Source of the DNA: an uncultured Planctomycetaceae bacterium | GTDB taxonomy: Bacteria > Planctomycetota > Planctomycetia > Isosphaerales > Isosphaeraceae | DNA length: 64,000 nt | Reading direction: 5' to 3' | Assembly (NCBI GenBank): GCA_963833985.1 | Contig: CAWIAD010000002.1 | Coordinates: 2,912,001 to 2,976,000, forward strand | Shown: positions 38,998 through 48,173 of the stretch, piece after piece | How positions within the stretch are numbered: position 1 is the first letter of the stretch | Layout of the letters: each line of letters starts with the position of its first letter | Translations under genes and position numbers: made by a program | The notes under the pieces: generated by a model | Database searches by the model: none | The model's input: the letters and a program-made list of their open reading frames with translations, nothing else | Told to the model about the DNA's origin: nothing

Positions 38998-41178
38998 TCA
39001 CAATCGCTCGTCCTCGAAGACCTTCCCATCCATCCTGGGAGTTGAGCCGGTACCGACGGTGTTTCCCGCGCGGGCGGCCCGCTCGCGTTCTTTCCGGCCG
39101 CCGTCGGTGAAGACCCCGGCCCGCATGTAGAACTGCGTGAAGATGCCCAGCACCAGGATCACGCAGCCCGCGTACTTGATGGGCCGGCCGGGATCGATGC
39201 CCACCTGGAGCACCGACTGGAACTGCCCGGTGCGCTGGCCGGTGTCCGGGTCTTGCATGGCCGAGTAGCGCATCTGGTAAAACGAGTACCCGTCGTGAGA
39301 GAGCGGGTTGTTCATGGAGATCACGTGGGGCCGATCCTTGATGCCCTCGGCCGGGTCGGAAAGCCGGACGTTGCTGACGAACTTGGTCGCTTGCTCGGTT
39401 CCCGGCTCGAACGCGACCTCGAACTTGTCCAGCTTCAGATCAAAACCCATCGGCCGGCGGTCCACGTCGTAGGCGATCTCGAAGAGCCGATCGCCGAACG
39501 GCACGGGCTTGAAGGATGGGCCTGCTGGCGACTCGCTGCGCTGGATCCAGATCTCACGTGTGACGCCGCCGACGGTCATCTCGATCAGGCTGGCGGGAAC
39601 GGCCTCCTCCATCTGGTTCTTGGGCAAGAAGAGGGGCTCGAAGATCTGTTTTTCCACGCCCGCGGGCAGGTAGTCGTCCACGAGAAAGCTGATCGTCATG
39701 GGCATATTGGCACCGCCACCGAAGGCAGCGATGGGCTTGTCCGGCACGACGGTCCCCGAGGATCGCAATTCCGTCTTGCCGTCCTTCCCCCGGCCGAAGA
39801 CGCGGTAGTAGAGCGAGTGGTCCGGTCCGGCCAGCACCTCGATCTGACCGAAGCGGCCGTTGGTGCGCGGGTCGATCACCGGCGGGACCATGAGGTGAAT
39901 CGACACCAGCGGCACCGGTGGTCTGGCCTCGGGTTCACGCGGGTTCGGCATCACGTTGGGCACCATCGGCAGTGAACCCATGGCGAAATGCTCGACCTCC
40001 GGCCCGTTCCCCTTCCGCACCTGGAACATTCCCACCGGCATGGACGGTTCCCCGAGCACCCCGGAGAGCCCTCCTTCGCTGGTGGGAAACTCGGCGAGCT
40101 TCTCGACTTTCACGGTCAGGTCGCTCCCTGGCAACTGGACCGACTTGCCTTCCTGACCTTCCATCGCCAGGTCGAAGACGCCAGTTTGCCCATCCGACTT
40201 CTGATAACGGAACCGGGCCACGCCGCTTGAGCCTGCGCCCTGTGGAGGCCTGAGGAAGTCCTCGACAAGTTCGGGCCGGTCGACGTATGAGAACGCCAGC
40301 AGGGCCGGGTTGACGTCGCGGGCCGCGCGGTAGAACCGCCGATCCAGCTTGAACCACTGGTCTTTCTCCAGCGGCAGCGCCTCGCGAGCCTGTGGCATGC
40401 CGGGCGCCTTGAACTGGAGCCGGATCCGGGCCATCGGCTGGCCCGCGGGATCAGCCTGGTGCAGCACAGCGGCCGTGGAGGCCGGCAAGTGTTTGCGCAC
40501 CGCCAGGGTGAAGGGATCACCGGGCTGACTGAGCAATTCACCAGTACGTGAGGGCGCCGGAAACCTGCCGCCGGAAACCGCGTTCAGGGCAATGTCCAGA
40601 AGAGTGCGCAGGTGCGGCTCGCCTTCTCCCCAGGGGAAGGGGCCGGGCTGAAAGTGCATCTCGTAAGACGGTCCCGGCTCCTGGGTGTGCGGGTCGAGCT
40701 CGCGGACCCGGATCACCGGATCGTTGCGGCGGACCAGCTCGGAGCGCGTCTCGCCCTCCAGCATCGCCACGAACCCTTCGTCGGCGGTGCGCATGCTCCA
40801 GTAGGAACCGAAGATCAGCACCAGCAGCCCCGCGTGCGTGATGACAAAGCCCGTTTGCCGCTTCTTCCAGGGAAAGCGAATGAGCGCCGCAGAGAGGATA
40901 TTGACCGCCAGGAATGCCAGCAGCAGGGCGAACCAGGTGCTGCGGTACACATAGTCCTGGGCCGCGGAGGTTCCATGGCTGGACTCGATGAAGGTTGCGA
41001 ACGCGAGCGAGGCGGCCAGCGTCAGCAGGCTGAAGACGGCCAGTTTCAGCGAGGCGAGAAACCGGTAGATCGCGTCAATGCCGCGTAAGAGCGGATGAAC
41101 CAGCAAGCTTGAAGCGGGAGCCGGGTTGCCAGCCCGGCTCGATGCGGCAGCGGACGCCTTCTTCGTGGCAATCGCCAT
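38998..41178 (-). CDS. ResB/CcsB-like cytochrome c biogenesis protein
   Basis: LASLKLAV..ATFIES; GFVITHAGLL (TM His); ISMNNPL..GYSFYQ; DPG..KYAG; directly upstream of ccsA. Confidence 0.88.
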   Translation of the reverse strand: MAIATKKASAAASSRAGNPAPASSLLVHPLLRGIDAIYRFLASLKLAVFSLLTLAASLAFATFIESSHGTSAAQDYVYRSTWFALLLAFLAVNILSAALIRFPWKKRQTGFVITHAGLLVLIFGSYWSMRTADEGFVAMLEGETRSELVRRNDPVIRVRELDPHTQEPGPSYEMHFQPGPFPWGEGEPHLRTLLDIALNAVSGGRFPAPSRTGELLSQPGDPFTLAVRKHLPASTAAVLHQADPAGQPMARIRLQFKAPGMPQAREALPLEKDQWFKLDRRFYRAARDVNPALLAFSYVDRPELVEDFLRPPQGAGSSGVARFRYQKSDGQTGVFDLAMEGQEGKSVQLPGSDLTVKVEKLAEFPTSEGGLSGVLGEPSMPVGMFQVRKGNGPEVEHFAMGSLPMVPNVMPNPREPEARPPVPLVSIHLMVPPVIDPRTNGRFGQIEVLAGPDHSLYYRVFGRGKDGKTELRSSGTVVPDKPIAAFGGGANMPMTISFLVDDYLPAGVEKQIFEPLFLPKNQMEEAVPASLIEMTVGGVTREIWIQRSESPAGPSFKPVPFGDRLFEIAYDVDRRPMGFDLKLDKFEVAFEPGTEQATKFVSNVRLSDPAEGIKDRPHVISMNNPLSHDGYSFYQMRYSAMQDPDTGQRTGQFQSVLQVGIDPGRPIKYAGCVILVLGIFTQFYMRAGVFTDGGRKERERAARAGNTVGTGSTPRMDGKVFEDERL

Positions 41179-41382
41179 GGTCTCTCACCTGCACAGGAGG
41201 GACATCGCGCCGATGCGGAAGCTGGCGGGCGGGATTCGGTCCGCATCAGTGTCGCGAGGGAACATTGGGATTCTATCCGTGGGAGCCGCCCGGAACCAGA
41301 CTTGCCGGCCCGATTGAACAGTCCGACGGCTTGACATCGAGGCTCGGAGGGCGACTTTCCGCGGCAGCAGGCGGCAGCCTCC

Positions 41383-42402
41383 TTACCAGGTACGGAAGGC
41401 CGTGTGGCATCCCACGCACGAGGCATCCAGCCGGCGCGCTGCGCCCAGCAGGGCCAGCCGATCGCCGTTCCTGGCCGCCTCGCCAAGGTCGATGGCCGCC
41501 AGTCTCATCTTCGCCGCATGGAAGAGCCAGACTTCGCGATCACGGCCCGAGTCGATCCCGGCGGTCTGCTCGGCCACCCACTGAAACGTACGTGCGAGCG
41601 CTTCGACCTGTTCGGCCGAACAAGCCGCTCCCTGGTCGCTTTCCAGAGTCCGGAGCCGGTCGCGGGCGTCCCCGGCACCCGGAGAAGCCAGCGTGAGCGA
41701 CTGCATGACCTGACGCATCGAGCAGTGTGCTGCCTCGGCCTCGTGGCCCGAATGGCTGATCCGCGAGAACGCCAATCCGGCCGCGACGGCACCGAGAAAC
41801 GCGATCAAGCCACATCTGGCCAAACGCTGACGGAGCATGGAGCGGGCGCGCTCGAGCCGGCGCGACATCGTTCCGGCCGGCCATCCAAGCTGACGCGCGG
41901 CCTCCTGGTTGGTCTTGCCTTCCAGGTAGCAGAGGACCACGGGTGCACGGTATTTCTCGGGAAGCTGGCCGAGCGCCGTGCGGACGACTCGCCGCAGCTC
42001 GCTGCGTTCCAGGCCATCGTCCGGCTGGTCGAGCGGATGATAGCAGTCCGGGATCAGGCCGCCGGGTTCACCGCTTCGCCCCGGGCTGAGCGCCGTGGCG
42101 GGCCGCTCGAGTCGAGCGCGACGGCCAAGGCCGGCGCGTGTGTGCAGGACAAGCCGCCGAGCGACCGAGCAGAGCCAGCGGTCGACCGAGCCATTCCAGG
42201 AGATGTCGGCCGCCTTGTCGGCCAGGACAAAGAACGTCGCCTGAAAGACGTCCTCCGCGTCGTGCTCGCTGGCCAGCCCGCGCCGGCAGACCCGGCGCAC
42301 CTGGGGGCCATGCCTCCTTACCAGTTCGCCGAACGCCGCCTCGTCCCGCTGGTTCGCAAACCGCTGGAGCAGCAGCGCATCACTGACCGGTTCGGTCACC
42401 AA
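41383..42402 (-). CDS. ECF sigma factor fused to a TM helix and a C-terminal cytochrome c'-like CXXCH domain
   Basis: Sigma2: SDALLLQRF..DEAAFGELVRRHG..DAEDVFQATF. Sigma4: LPEKYRAPVVLCYLEG..EAARQLGWPAGT..RLERAR. TM: GLIAFLGAVAAGLAF. A helical domain ends in CVGCHTAFR (41404-41418). TTG/GTG start follows GGAGG. Confidence 0.88.
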   Translation of the reverse strand: MVTEPVSDALLLQRFANQRDEAAFGELVRRHGPQVRRVCRRGLASEHDAEDVFQATFFVLADKAADISWNGSVDRWLCSVARRLVLHTRAGLGRRARLERPATALSPGRSGEPGGLIPDCYHPLDQPDDGLERSELRRVVRTALGQLPEKYRAPVVLCYLEGKTNQEAARQLGWPAGTMSRRLERARSMLRQRLARCGLIAFLGAVAAGLAFSRISHSGHEAEAAHCSMRQVMQSLTLASPGAGDARDRLRTLESDQGAACSAEQVEALARTFQWVAEQTAGIDSGRDREVWLFHAAKMRLAAIDLGEAARNGDRLALLGAARRLDASCVGCHTAFRTW

Positions 42403-42681
42403 GTCCGCGTCCTCCCGGAAGCCCCCGTGCCTCCTCCCTATTATGCCCGGAAAGGCCGCGTTGAAATGCACGAATCTGCCGGAAATGACGTCAGCCTCAA
42501 TGGAAAGAGCCGGTGGTTACCCTTCGAGGACCGCGATCAAGCGGTACTGGCGGCGAAAAGGCGCAGCCAGGTCATGCACCGAAACTCTTTTTCACAATGT
42601 ATTTACGTGTCGAGCACCGAAGCGGCGGGAGTTCGCCGGGGGAACATCCGGAATGCTCCTGCGCGGGGGCGAGAGGCTTCT

Positions 42682-43590
42682 TCAGGACATCTGGAGCACC
42701 TGGTTCATCCGCCGGACAACGTCTTTCATCGTCGCCAGGTCGCCCAGGCCGACCTCGGCCGTGATCCAGCCTTCATAGCCGATGTCCACGAGCGCCTGGT
42801 GGACAGCCTGCCAGTCGATCTCGCCTTCGCCCAGCTTGTAATCGAAGCGTCTGGGCTTGGCGTACTCCTTGATGTGGATCTTGAGGATGCGCTTGCCCAG
42901 CTCGCGGATCCACTCCTCGGGGTAACCGTACTCGACAACGTTGCCGACGTCGAAGTACGCGCCGACGGTGGGTGTACCGAACTCGTCGATGTAACGCGTG
43001 AACTCGACGGGGCTGAGCAGGAACCGGTTCCACACCTCCTCGATCGCGATTTTCACACCGGCGGCTTCAGCCAGGGGAATCAGCTTGCGGATATTCTGCT
43101 GCGAACGGGTGTAGGCGTCGCGGTAGGAGACCTTCCGGTTCACGACGGCTGGCACCACCAGGACCGTGGTCCCACCGTAGGCCTTGCAATCCTGAAACGC
43201 TTGCTCGATGGCGGCCATGCCCCGTTCGACGACCCGGGGGTCAGGGTCAGAGAGCGGTTCCCGCCAGTGCCTGGAGCCGCTCACGCCGTGAATGACCAGG
43301 CCCGTCTTCTCACGCGCGGCGAGGACTTCCTTGATGTCGAGCTGGTTGGGGCTGAGCAGTTCCACGCCCTGGAACCCGGCCTCCTTGAGGAGCTGGAAGG
43401 CAGGCAGGACGGGTCCCTTCGAGACATCACCAAGCATGAACGCCTTGTGCCAGCGGCCGCCACCGGGACTGGAGGCCGGCTGAACCCCGGGACTGGAGGC
43501 CGGCTGAGCCCGAAGGATTCCAGGCAGCAGAGCGCCCGTCACGACGGCGGCGCCTGCATTCACGAACGACCTGCGGTCGATGCCGACCAT
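42682..43590 (-). CDS. Tat-exported sugar phosphate isomerase/epimerase (xylose-isomerase-like TIM barrel)
   Basis: DRRSFV Tat motif; GFQGVEL; IAIEEVWN; YFDVGN; IHIKE; GYEGWITAE. A 24-bp duplication (43463-43507) lies in the linker. Confidence 0.9.
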   Translation of the reverse strand: MVGIDRRSFVNAGAAVVTGALLPGILRAQPASSPGVQPASSPGGGRWHKAFMLGDVSKGPVLPAFQLLKEAGFQGVELLSPNQLDIKEVLAAREKTGLVIHGVSGSRHWREPLSDPDPRVVERGMAAIEQAFQDCKAYGGTTVLVVPAVVNRKVSYRDAYTRSQQNIRKLIPLAEAAGVKIAIEEVWNRFLLSPVEFTRYIDEFGTPTVGAYFDVGNVVEYGYPEEWIRELGKRILKIHIKEYAKPRRFDYKLGEGEIDWQAVHQALVDIGYEGWITAEVGLGDLATMKDVVRRMNQVLQMS

Positions 43591-43629
43591 GTTCCTGCCC
43601 TCGAAGAAGAATTCCGTGTCGGTACTAAT

Positions 43630-45111
43630 TCAGTTCAGCGATTCGGCGAGCATGGCCTCGAGCAGCTCGCCGACCACGGCCGGGTTGGCCTTGCCGCCGG
43701 TCTGCTTCATCACCTGGCCACGGAGGAAACCCTTCACGGCCTCGGGCTTCTTCTTGCCGCGCCTGAGGTCCTCGATCGCCTGCGGATTGGCGGCGATGGC
43801 GGCCGCCACGGCCCTGGTAATCTGGTCACGATCAGAGACCATGCGGTAGCCGCCCATCTCGATGATGATCTCGGCCGGATCGCCGGTCTCGATCATGCGG
43901 CCCAGGACCTCGCGCCCCTGGTTGGTATTCAGCTCGCCCCGCTTCACGCGGTTGATCAGGTCGGCAAGGCCCTCGGGGTTCACGGGAAAGTCAGCCACCG
44001 CCAGCTTCTTCTCCTTGATGGTGCGAAGCACGTCTTGCTGGATCCAGTTGCTGGCGAGCTTGTACTCGCCGGTGGCGCTGGCGACCGCATCATAGTAGTC
44101 TGCCACGTCCTCCCCCTGCTCGACGAGCACGTTGGCGTCATAAGGAGAGAGCCCGTATGCCGACTCGAAGCGATCCCGCCGCGCCGCGGGCAGCTCGCCG
44201 ATCGACGAGCGGATCTGATCAAGCCAGGCCGATTCAGGGACGACCGGAACCAGGTCCGGCTCCGGGAAATAGCGGTAATCCGCCACGCTCTCCTTCTCGC
44301 GCTGGGGCTTGGTGACCTCCTCGACGTCGTTCCAGCCGCGGGTCGTCTTGGCAGCGTCCTTGATTGTCAGCCCATCTTCCCGCCACTTCGCATATTGCCG
44401 CTCCACCTCGTAGTGGAGCGCCTTCTCCACGGCCCGAAAGCTATTCAGGTTCTTGATCTCCACAATTGGCGTGGCGATCTTGCCGCCGTCCTGGTGGATG
44501 TGCAGGTTGACGTTGGCGTCGCACCGCAGCGACCCCTCCTGCATCTCGCAATCGGAGACGGCCAGGTAGCGCAGGGTGAGCCGCAGCTCTTCAAGGCAGC
44601 CGCGGGCGTCGGCCGGGCTGCGGAGATCCGGCTCGGTGACAATCTCCAAGAGCGGAATGCCGGCGCGGTTCAGGTCGACCTCTGAAAGCCCGCCCGCGGC
44701 ATGCATGAGCTTGCCGGTGTCTTCCTCCAGGTGGATGCGCGTCAGCCCGCAACGGCCGCCCCCGCCGCCGTCCTTGCGAAGGGGAATCGGGATGGAGCCT
44801 CCGCGCGAGAATGGCAGGTCATACTGGCTGATCTGGTAGTTCTTGGGCAGGTCGGGATAGTAGTAGTTCTTGCGGTCCCACTTGGTGAACGGGGCGATCT
44901 CGGCCCCCAGCGCGATGGCCGTCTTGAGCGCCAGCTCGAAGGCCTTGCGGTTCATGACCGGCAAGCTTCCCGGCAGCCCCAGCGAGACTGGATCGCACTG
45001 CGTATTCGGCGGCAGCCCGAACTCGGTGCCGCACCACGAGAACATCTTGCTCTCGGTCTGGAGCTGTACGTGAATCTCGAGGCCGATGATGACGTCGTAG
45101 GAATGGTCCAT
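43630..45111 (-). CDS. gatB: Asp/Glu-tRNA amidotransferase subunit B
   Basis: IGLEIHVQL; RKNYYYPDLPKNYQISQ; HLEEDTG; DLNRAG; DYRYFPEPDL. Confidence 0.97.
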   Translation of the reverse strand: MDHSYDVIIGLEIHVQLQTESKMFSWCGTEFGLPPNTQCDPVSLGLPGSLPVMNRKAFELALKTAIALGAEIAPFTKWDRKNYYYPDLPKNYQISQYDLPFSRGGSIPIPLRKDGGGGGRCGLTRIHLEEDTGKLMHAAGGLSEVDLNRAGIPLLEIVTEPDLRSPADARGCLEELRLTLRYLAVSDCEMQEGSLRCDANVNLHIHQDGGKIATPIVEIKNLNSFRAVEKALHYEVERQYAKWREDGLTIKDAAKTTRGWNDVEEVTKPQREKESVADYRYFPEPDLVPVVPESAWLDQIRSSIGELPAARRDRFESAYGLSPYDANVLVEQGEDVADYYDAVASATGEYKLASNWIQQDVLRTIKEKKLAVADFPVNPEGLADLINRVKRGELNTNQGREVLGRMIETGDPAEIIIEMGGYRMVSDRDQITRAVAAAIAANPQAIEDLRRGKKKPEAVKGFLRGQVMKQTGGKANPAVVGELLEAMLAESLN

Positions 45112-45126
45112 GTCGCTCAACTCGGG

Positions 45127-45510
45127 TTAGTTCTTCGCGGCCTGCGCGGGAGAGATTGTCCAGAACTCCTCGAAGTCCGTTGGAAACTGCTCGTAACCGG
45201 GTCCGATAGCGCCCAGACCACCGCGGTCAACCTCAGCCTTGCCCCGCACAACCAGGGAGACGTATCTGAGGATTTCCGGATCGTCCTTGAAGCGATCAAT
45301 AAGATATTTCCAGACATCGACGTGGCGTCCCCGTTCGTCTTTCGCATCAAAGCCCTTTGCGACGAACACGAAGCTGACGACGTCCCATTCCGCGTCAATC
45401 GAATAATAGATCCAGTACTCCCCTTCAGACCACTTATGGTCTTTCGCATATTGCGTGAGTGCGAAGGAGATCTCGCCAACAACTCTCTTCAGGACTGTCT
45501 TTGGATCCAC
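45127..45510 (-). CDS. Hypothetical protein, putative partner (antitoxin/degenerate nucleotidyltransferase-like) of the adjacent HEPN protein
   Basis: 127-aa ORF whose GTG start overlaps the HEPN gene end by 22 nt; lower GC than the flanks. Confidence 0.65.
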   Translation of the reverse strand: MDPKTVLKRVVGEISFALTQYAKDHKWSEGEYWIYYSIDAEWDVVSFVFVAKGFDAKDERGRHVDVWKYLIDRFKDDPEILRYVSLVVRGKAEVDRGGLGAIGPGYEQFPTDFEEFWTISPAQAAKN

Positions 45511-45938
45511 CGTATGAGCCCTTCATTCTCATCATTCAGGCGGACGAGGAATGTCTCCGCGCTTTCCTGGGTCCATCTGGAGTCGGGTGAATACCGTAAC
45601 GCCTCAAGCTTCTTGGATACATCCCAGACACTCAACCAATTCAGGCCGGTGGCCGTCTGCTTGAACTCAGGATCGTCGATCGTCTGTCGCAGGCCCGCGC
45701 ACGTCGCAAGGCCCTGGAGATCATGAATCTCGAAGACTCTGGGAAGTTGCTCAAGATTTAGAATTGTGCAGATCCTCGTTTTCAAGAGGATTTCCAGAGC
45801 ATAGAGACCCGCGGCGATGGCTGCCGCGTGCCGACCGGAGTTCAGCAACGAATTGGCATCGGCCAGACGATCCTGCCATGCCGCGTTCAGATCCGCCAAT
45901 GAGGCGCCGAGCGAGTAGAATCTGGCAACTTCCGCCAT
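45489..45938 (-). CDS. HEPN domain protein
   Basis: RLADANSLLNSGRHAAAI..YALEILLK..HDLQGL..LRY pattern; its ATG overlaps the gatA stop (TAATG). Confidence 0.75.
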   Translation of the reverse strand: MAEVARFYSLGASLADLNAAWQDRLADANSLLNSGRHAAAIAAGLYALEILLKTRICTILNLEQLPRVFEIHDLQGLATCAGLRQTIDDPEFKQTATGLNWLSVWDVSKKLEALRYSPDSRWTQESAETFLVRLNDENEGLIRWIQRQS

Positions 45939-47431
45939 TATACCAGTCCCGGCCGCTTCAGGTGCCAGTCGGTGGCACGCTCGAAGACCCGGGCGATGCG
46001 CAGCAGTTTCTCCTCCGCGAAGGCCGGCGCCAGGAGCTGCAACCCGATCGGCAGGCCCGACTTCGTCATCCCGCAGGGGATGCTGATGCCGGGAATGCCC
46101 GCCAGGTTGGCCGTGATCGTGTAGATGTCCGAAAGATACATGGCCAGCGGGTTGGCCGTCCGCTCGCCCAGCTTGAACGCCGCGGTGGGCGAGGTCGGGC
46201 CAAGCAGCACGTCCACGTCGCGGAACGCCGTGTCAAAGTCGTTGCGAATCAGCCGCCGGACCTTGAGTGCCTGGTTGTAGTACTGGTCGGCGTAGCCTGC
46301 CGAAAGGACGAAGGTCCCCAGCATGATCCGCCGCTTCACCTCGGCGCCGAAACCCTCGGCCCGGCTGACCATCATCATCCGCAGGAGCGGGGCGATATTC
46401 TCCTCACCGGGATAAATCGGCGAGAAGTCCGCCGCACGGTGCCCGTAGATGGTGCCGTCGTAACGGGCCAGGTTGCTCGAACATTCGGCCGGAGCGACGA
46501 TGTAATAGGCGGCAATGCCCGCCTTCGAATGCGGCAGTGACACCTCCTTGATGGTGGCCCCCGCCTGCTCGTAAACCCGGATCGCCTCGCGGACGGCGGT
46601 CTCGACCTCGGCATCCAGCCCCTCGCCGAAGAACTCGGGGACCACGCCGATGCGCAGCGATTCCGGAGGAGTGTCAAGCGTGGCGGGGTAGTCGGGCACC
46701 GCGTCATCCACACTCGTCGAATCGAGGGGGTCGTGTCCGGAGATGGCCTGCAAGATCAGCGCGGTGTCGGCCAAATCATGAGCGAACGGGCCGATCTGGT
46801 CGAGCGAGCTGGCGAAAGCGATGAGCCCGTAGCGGCTGACGCGGCCGTAGGTCGGCTTGAGCCCGACGATGCCGCAGACCGCGGCCGGCTGGCGGATGGA
46901 CCCTCCCGTATCGGACCCCAGCGCGATCGGTGCCAGCGAACCGGCCACCGCGGCCGCCGAACCGCCCGAGGAGCCGCCGGGCACGCGGGCCTCGTCCCAC
47001 GGGTTGAGCGTCGGCCCGTACGCGCTGTTCTCGGTGGACGAGCCCATGGCGAACTCATCCATGTTCGTCTTGCCGAAGAGGATGGCGCCGGCGTTCTTGA
47101 GCCGGCGGATGACCGTGGCGTCATAGGGTGGACGAAACGATTGGAGCATCCGGCTGCCGCAGGTCGTGGGCTCGCCTTGCACGCAGATCAGGTCCTTGAT
47201 GGCCACGGGAACGCCCGCCAGAGGGCCCAGGGCCTCACCGGACTGCCGGCGCCTGTCGACGTCCCGGGCCTGGTCAAGAATTCGCTCGGCATCAAGCTGA
47301 ACGAAAACGTTCAGCCGCCCGAGCCGCTCCGCGCGATCGAGCAATCCGCTGACGATCTCCTCGGAGCGGATGGTTCCCTTCTGCAAGCCGGCAGCCAGGG
47401 CCGTCGCCGTCGCCGTGACGCTGTCCATCAA
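45938..47431 (-). CDS. gatA: Asp/Glu-tRNA amidotransferase subunit A
   Basis: GVPVAIKD; GKTNMDEFAMGSSTE; PGGSSGGSAAAV; GSDTGGSIRQPA; EVKRRIMLGT. Confidence 0.97.
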   Translation of the reverse strand: MMDSVTATATALAAGLQKGTIRSEEIVSGLLDRAERLGRLNVFVQLDAERILDQARDVDRRRQSGEALGPLAGVPVAIKDLICVQGEPTTCGSRMLQSFRPPYDATVIRRLKNAGAILFGKTNMDEFAMGSSTENSAYGPTLNPWDEARVPGGSSGGSAAAVAGSLAPIALGSDTGGSIRQPAAVCGIVGLKPTYGRVSRYGLIAFASSLDQIGPFAHDLADTALILQAISGHDPLDSTSVDDAVPDYPATLDTPPESLRIGVVPEFFGEGLDAEVETAVREAIRVYEQAGATIKEVSLPHSKAGIAAYYIVAPAECSSNLARYDGTIYGHRAADFSPIYPGEENIAPLLRMMMVSRAEGFGAEVKRRIMLGTFVLSAGYADQYYNQALKVRRLIRNDFDTAFRDVDVLLGPTSPTAAFKLGERTANPLAMYLSDIYTITANLAGIPGISIPCGMTKSGLPIGLQLLAPAFAEEKLLRIARVFERATDWHLKRPGLV

Positions 47432-47452
47432 TCCGGATCCTCTTGCGGGTTC

Positions 47453-47740
47453 TCATTCCAGCACGGCCGGAACCAGGAAACAGTCCTGGTTCCGTTTCGG
47501 CGCGTTGGCGAGTGCCGCCTCGCGGGGCAGGGCCTCGCCGCGGATGTCCTCGCGAAACACGTTGCGCACCTCGATGCCGTGGGCCAGCGGCTCCACGCCG
47601 CTGGTGTCGAACTGCTGGAGCTGAGCCACGTAGTCCATGATCGAGTTGAGCTGACCGGTGAACATCTGGAGCTCATCCGGGCTGACGCGCAGCCGGGCCA
47701 GCAGCGCCACCTTCGCGACGTCCTCGGCGGATAGCGACAT
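47453..47740 (-). CDS. gatC: Asp/Glu-tRNA amidotransferase subunit C
   Basis: MSLSAEDVAKVALLARL..DTSGVEPL..FRED..LANAP..FLVPAV; GGAGG RBS; upstream of gatA. Confidence 0.95.
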   Translation of the reverse strand: MSLSAEDVAKVALLARLRVSPDELQMFTGQLNSIMDYVAQLQQFDTSGVEPLAHGIEVRNVFREDIRGEALPREAALANAPKRNQDCFLVPAVLE

Positions 47741-47912
47741 GGGTTGATCGGTCCTCCCGCAAGCGGATCGAGCGGTTGCGATGGTCAGGGTCTCGAAGCC
47801 GCACGCGCACCAGGGCATTCGCGGCCAGAAGCCGCCAGTCTCCCAGATTCTCCCGGAGCCTTCAAGGTTCGCGCATTGCGAGGTTCCTCGCAAGCTCGCA
47901 GCGGAATCCGTC

Positions 47913-48173
47913 GCGGGTGGGGGAGAAACCTGTTCCCAGATCGGTGATGGTTATTCAGAGACGGTCGCTCACGCGATCGGACAGAACCAGCAGCCCCTCG
48001 TCGGGACGACCACCAGATTCACCTGGACGCCGGAGCACGGCAAGTGGCATCACAAGGGTACGCTCCGGGTCGGCCAGGCCACGCAGGAAACCGAGGAGAT
48101 CCTCGAACGCGCTCCGAATACTCAAGAGGAACAGGGGAACAAGCCGCGGAAACACGCCGTTTCGCCTAAATAA
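47913..48173 (+). pseudogene. Possible 5'-truncated remnant of a lipocalin-like beta-barrel protein
   Basis: AGGGETCSQIGDGYSETV..LVGTTTRFTWTPEHGKWHHKGTL..EEILER resembles the C-terminal half of small beta-barrel domains; no credible start upstream. Confidence 0.35.

Noticed and set aside
43463..43507. 24-bp tandem duplication (QPASSPG twice)
   Set aside because: It is an in-frame expansion of the linker after a Tat signal with no functional implication.
41404..44685. 1093-aa plus-strand ORF (likewise 57298..59724, 36756..38498 and similar)
   Set aside because: These are antisense shadows of well-supported genes, expected from high-GC codon bias.
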